Positions 63,303 through 64,000 of a DNA stretch of 64,000 nt are shown here, in pieces. Each line of letters starts with the position of its first letter. The first letter of the stretch is position 1. The notes below the pieces were generated by a model. It saw nothing but the letters and a program-made list of their open reading frames with translations. It did no database searches and was not told where the DNA came from. Made by a program: the position numbers and the translations under genes. The stretch is from Macrostomum lignano (taxonomy: Eukaryota), in NCBI GenBank assembly GCA_002269645.1, contig NIVC01000089.1, positions 682,001-746,000 on the forward strand. The letters are read 5' to 3'.

Positions 63303-64000
63303 TTCCAGCAGCAGCTCAGTGTATGAGTGTGTATTATGAATGAAGATCAGAACTGCATCGTTATTGATTTAAATTTTAATGTTTTTTAAAGGAAAGGCAC
63401 AGCCTAGTTATAAAAGAAACTAAACTGGAAATAAGTGACTCTAGAGGACTCTAAAACGAGATGTCATGGAAAAGGGCCCCCCAAAGTTCGTCAAAGAGTT
63501 GTCTAAGAGTCAGTTTGAGACGTTTAGATAGTCTGCGACTCGGGGGCGGTTCTGTAATGACCCCGGGGCCGTAATGTGAGGCGTGCTGGAGACGCTATGG
63601 AGTCACTGAGTTGCGTTTAAGGCGCAACTGCGTCACTTTGCAACTCACGTGATGCGCTCGTGACTCAAAAGTCGTATTTAAGTCGCTAAAAAGTCACACG
63701 AGTCGCCCCAGAGTCACGGTAACGTTTTCAATGGGTTATGAATATAGATCAGAACTACATCGTTGATGATATAAATTCAGATTTCTCTAAGAAACAAAGG
63801 CACAGCCCAGTTAACTGAAATGGTTATCAGCCGCACTTATTTATGCAATTGTGGATTAGCGATAGTGGAACATACAGGCATATATAGAGACTAAAAAAAG
63901 ACAGATTGTCCGGCAGAAGACCTGAAGACTCGCTTACATCATCATCATTAGCCCTCTAAAAAATAAGATTTGGAACACAAATAAACATAGAAAAAATGCC

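Noticed and set aside
63348-63812. About 65-bp direct duplication (63348 / 63748) around a GAGTC-rich segment
   Set aside because: Too diverged, and boundaries too unclear, to call an element from this window alone.

Overview
Eukaryotic animal genomic DNA with GT-AG introns and GC-rich exons, where most introns carry their own minisatellite. The style suggests the flatworm Macrostomum (inference). Host genes: the 3' end of a GM2-activator/ML-domain gene (415-1023); a 3-exon, 3-TM protein of uncertain family (2654-5103); intronless TLNRD1 (27635-29254); a + strand run METTL9 - ALKBH2 - CHD1L/ALC1, the last with an extra C-terminal BRCT (32878-52341); and a - strand pair NSUN5 - TMEM116 (61514-53562). 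The 5.1-26.5 kb interval is a nest of transposable elements: a small non-autonomous LTR element with strongly transition-biased LTRs, a TA-flanked TIR element with nested inserts, a P-superfamily element with 91-bp TIRs and an 8-bp TSD, a 5'-truncated RT-RNase H LINE, an interstitial telomere-like tract with a 23-bp minisatellite, and a decayed Ty3/Gypsy carrying a Penelope-type hammerhead-like insert. Main leads: a candidate trans-spliced DNA-repair operon in which ALKBH2 may take its AUG from the spliced leader; the ALC1-BRCT fusion; the hammerhead insert; CpG-free blocks; and intronic arrays built from transcription-factor motifs or palindromes. All coordinates, alignments and counts were done by eye; no database searches were run.
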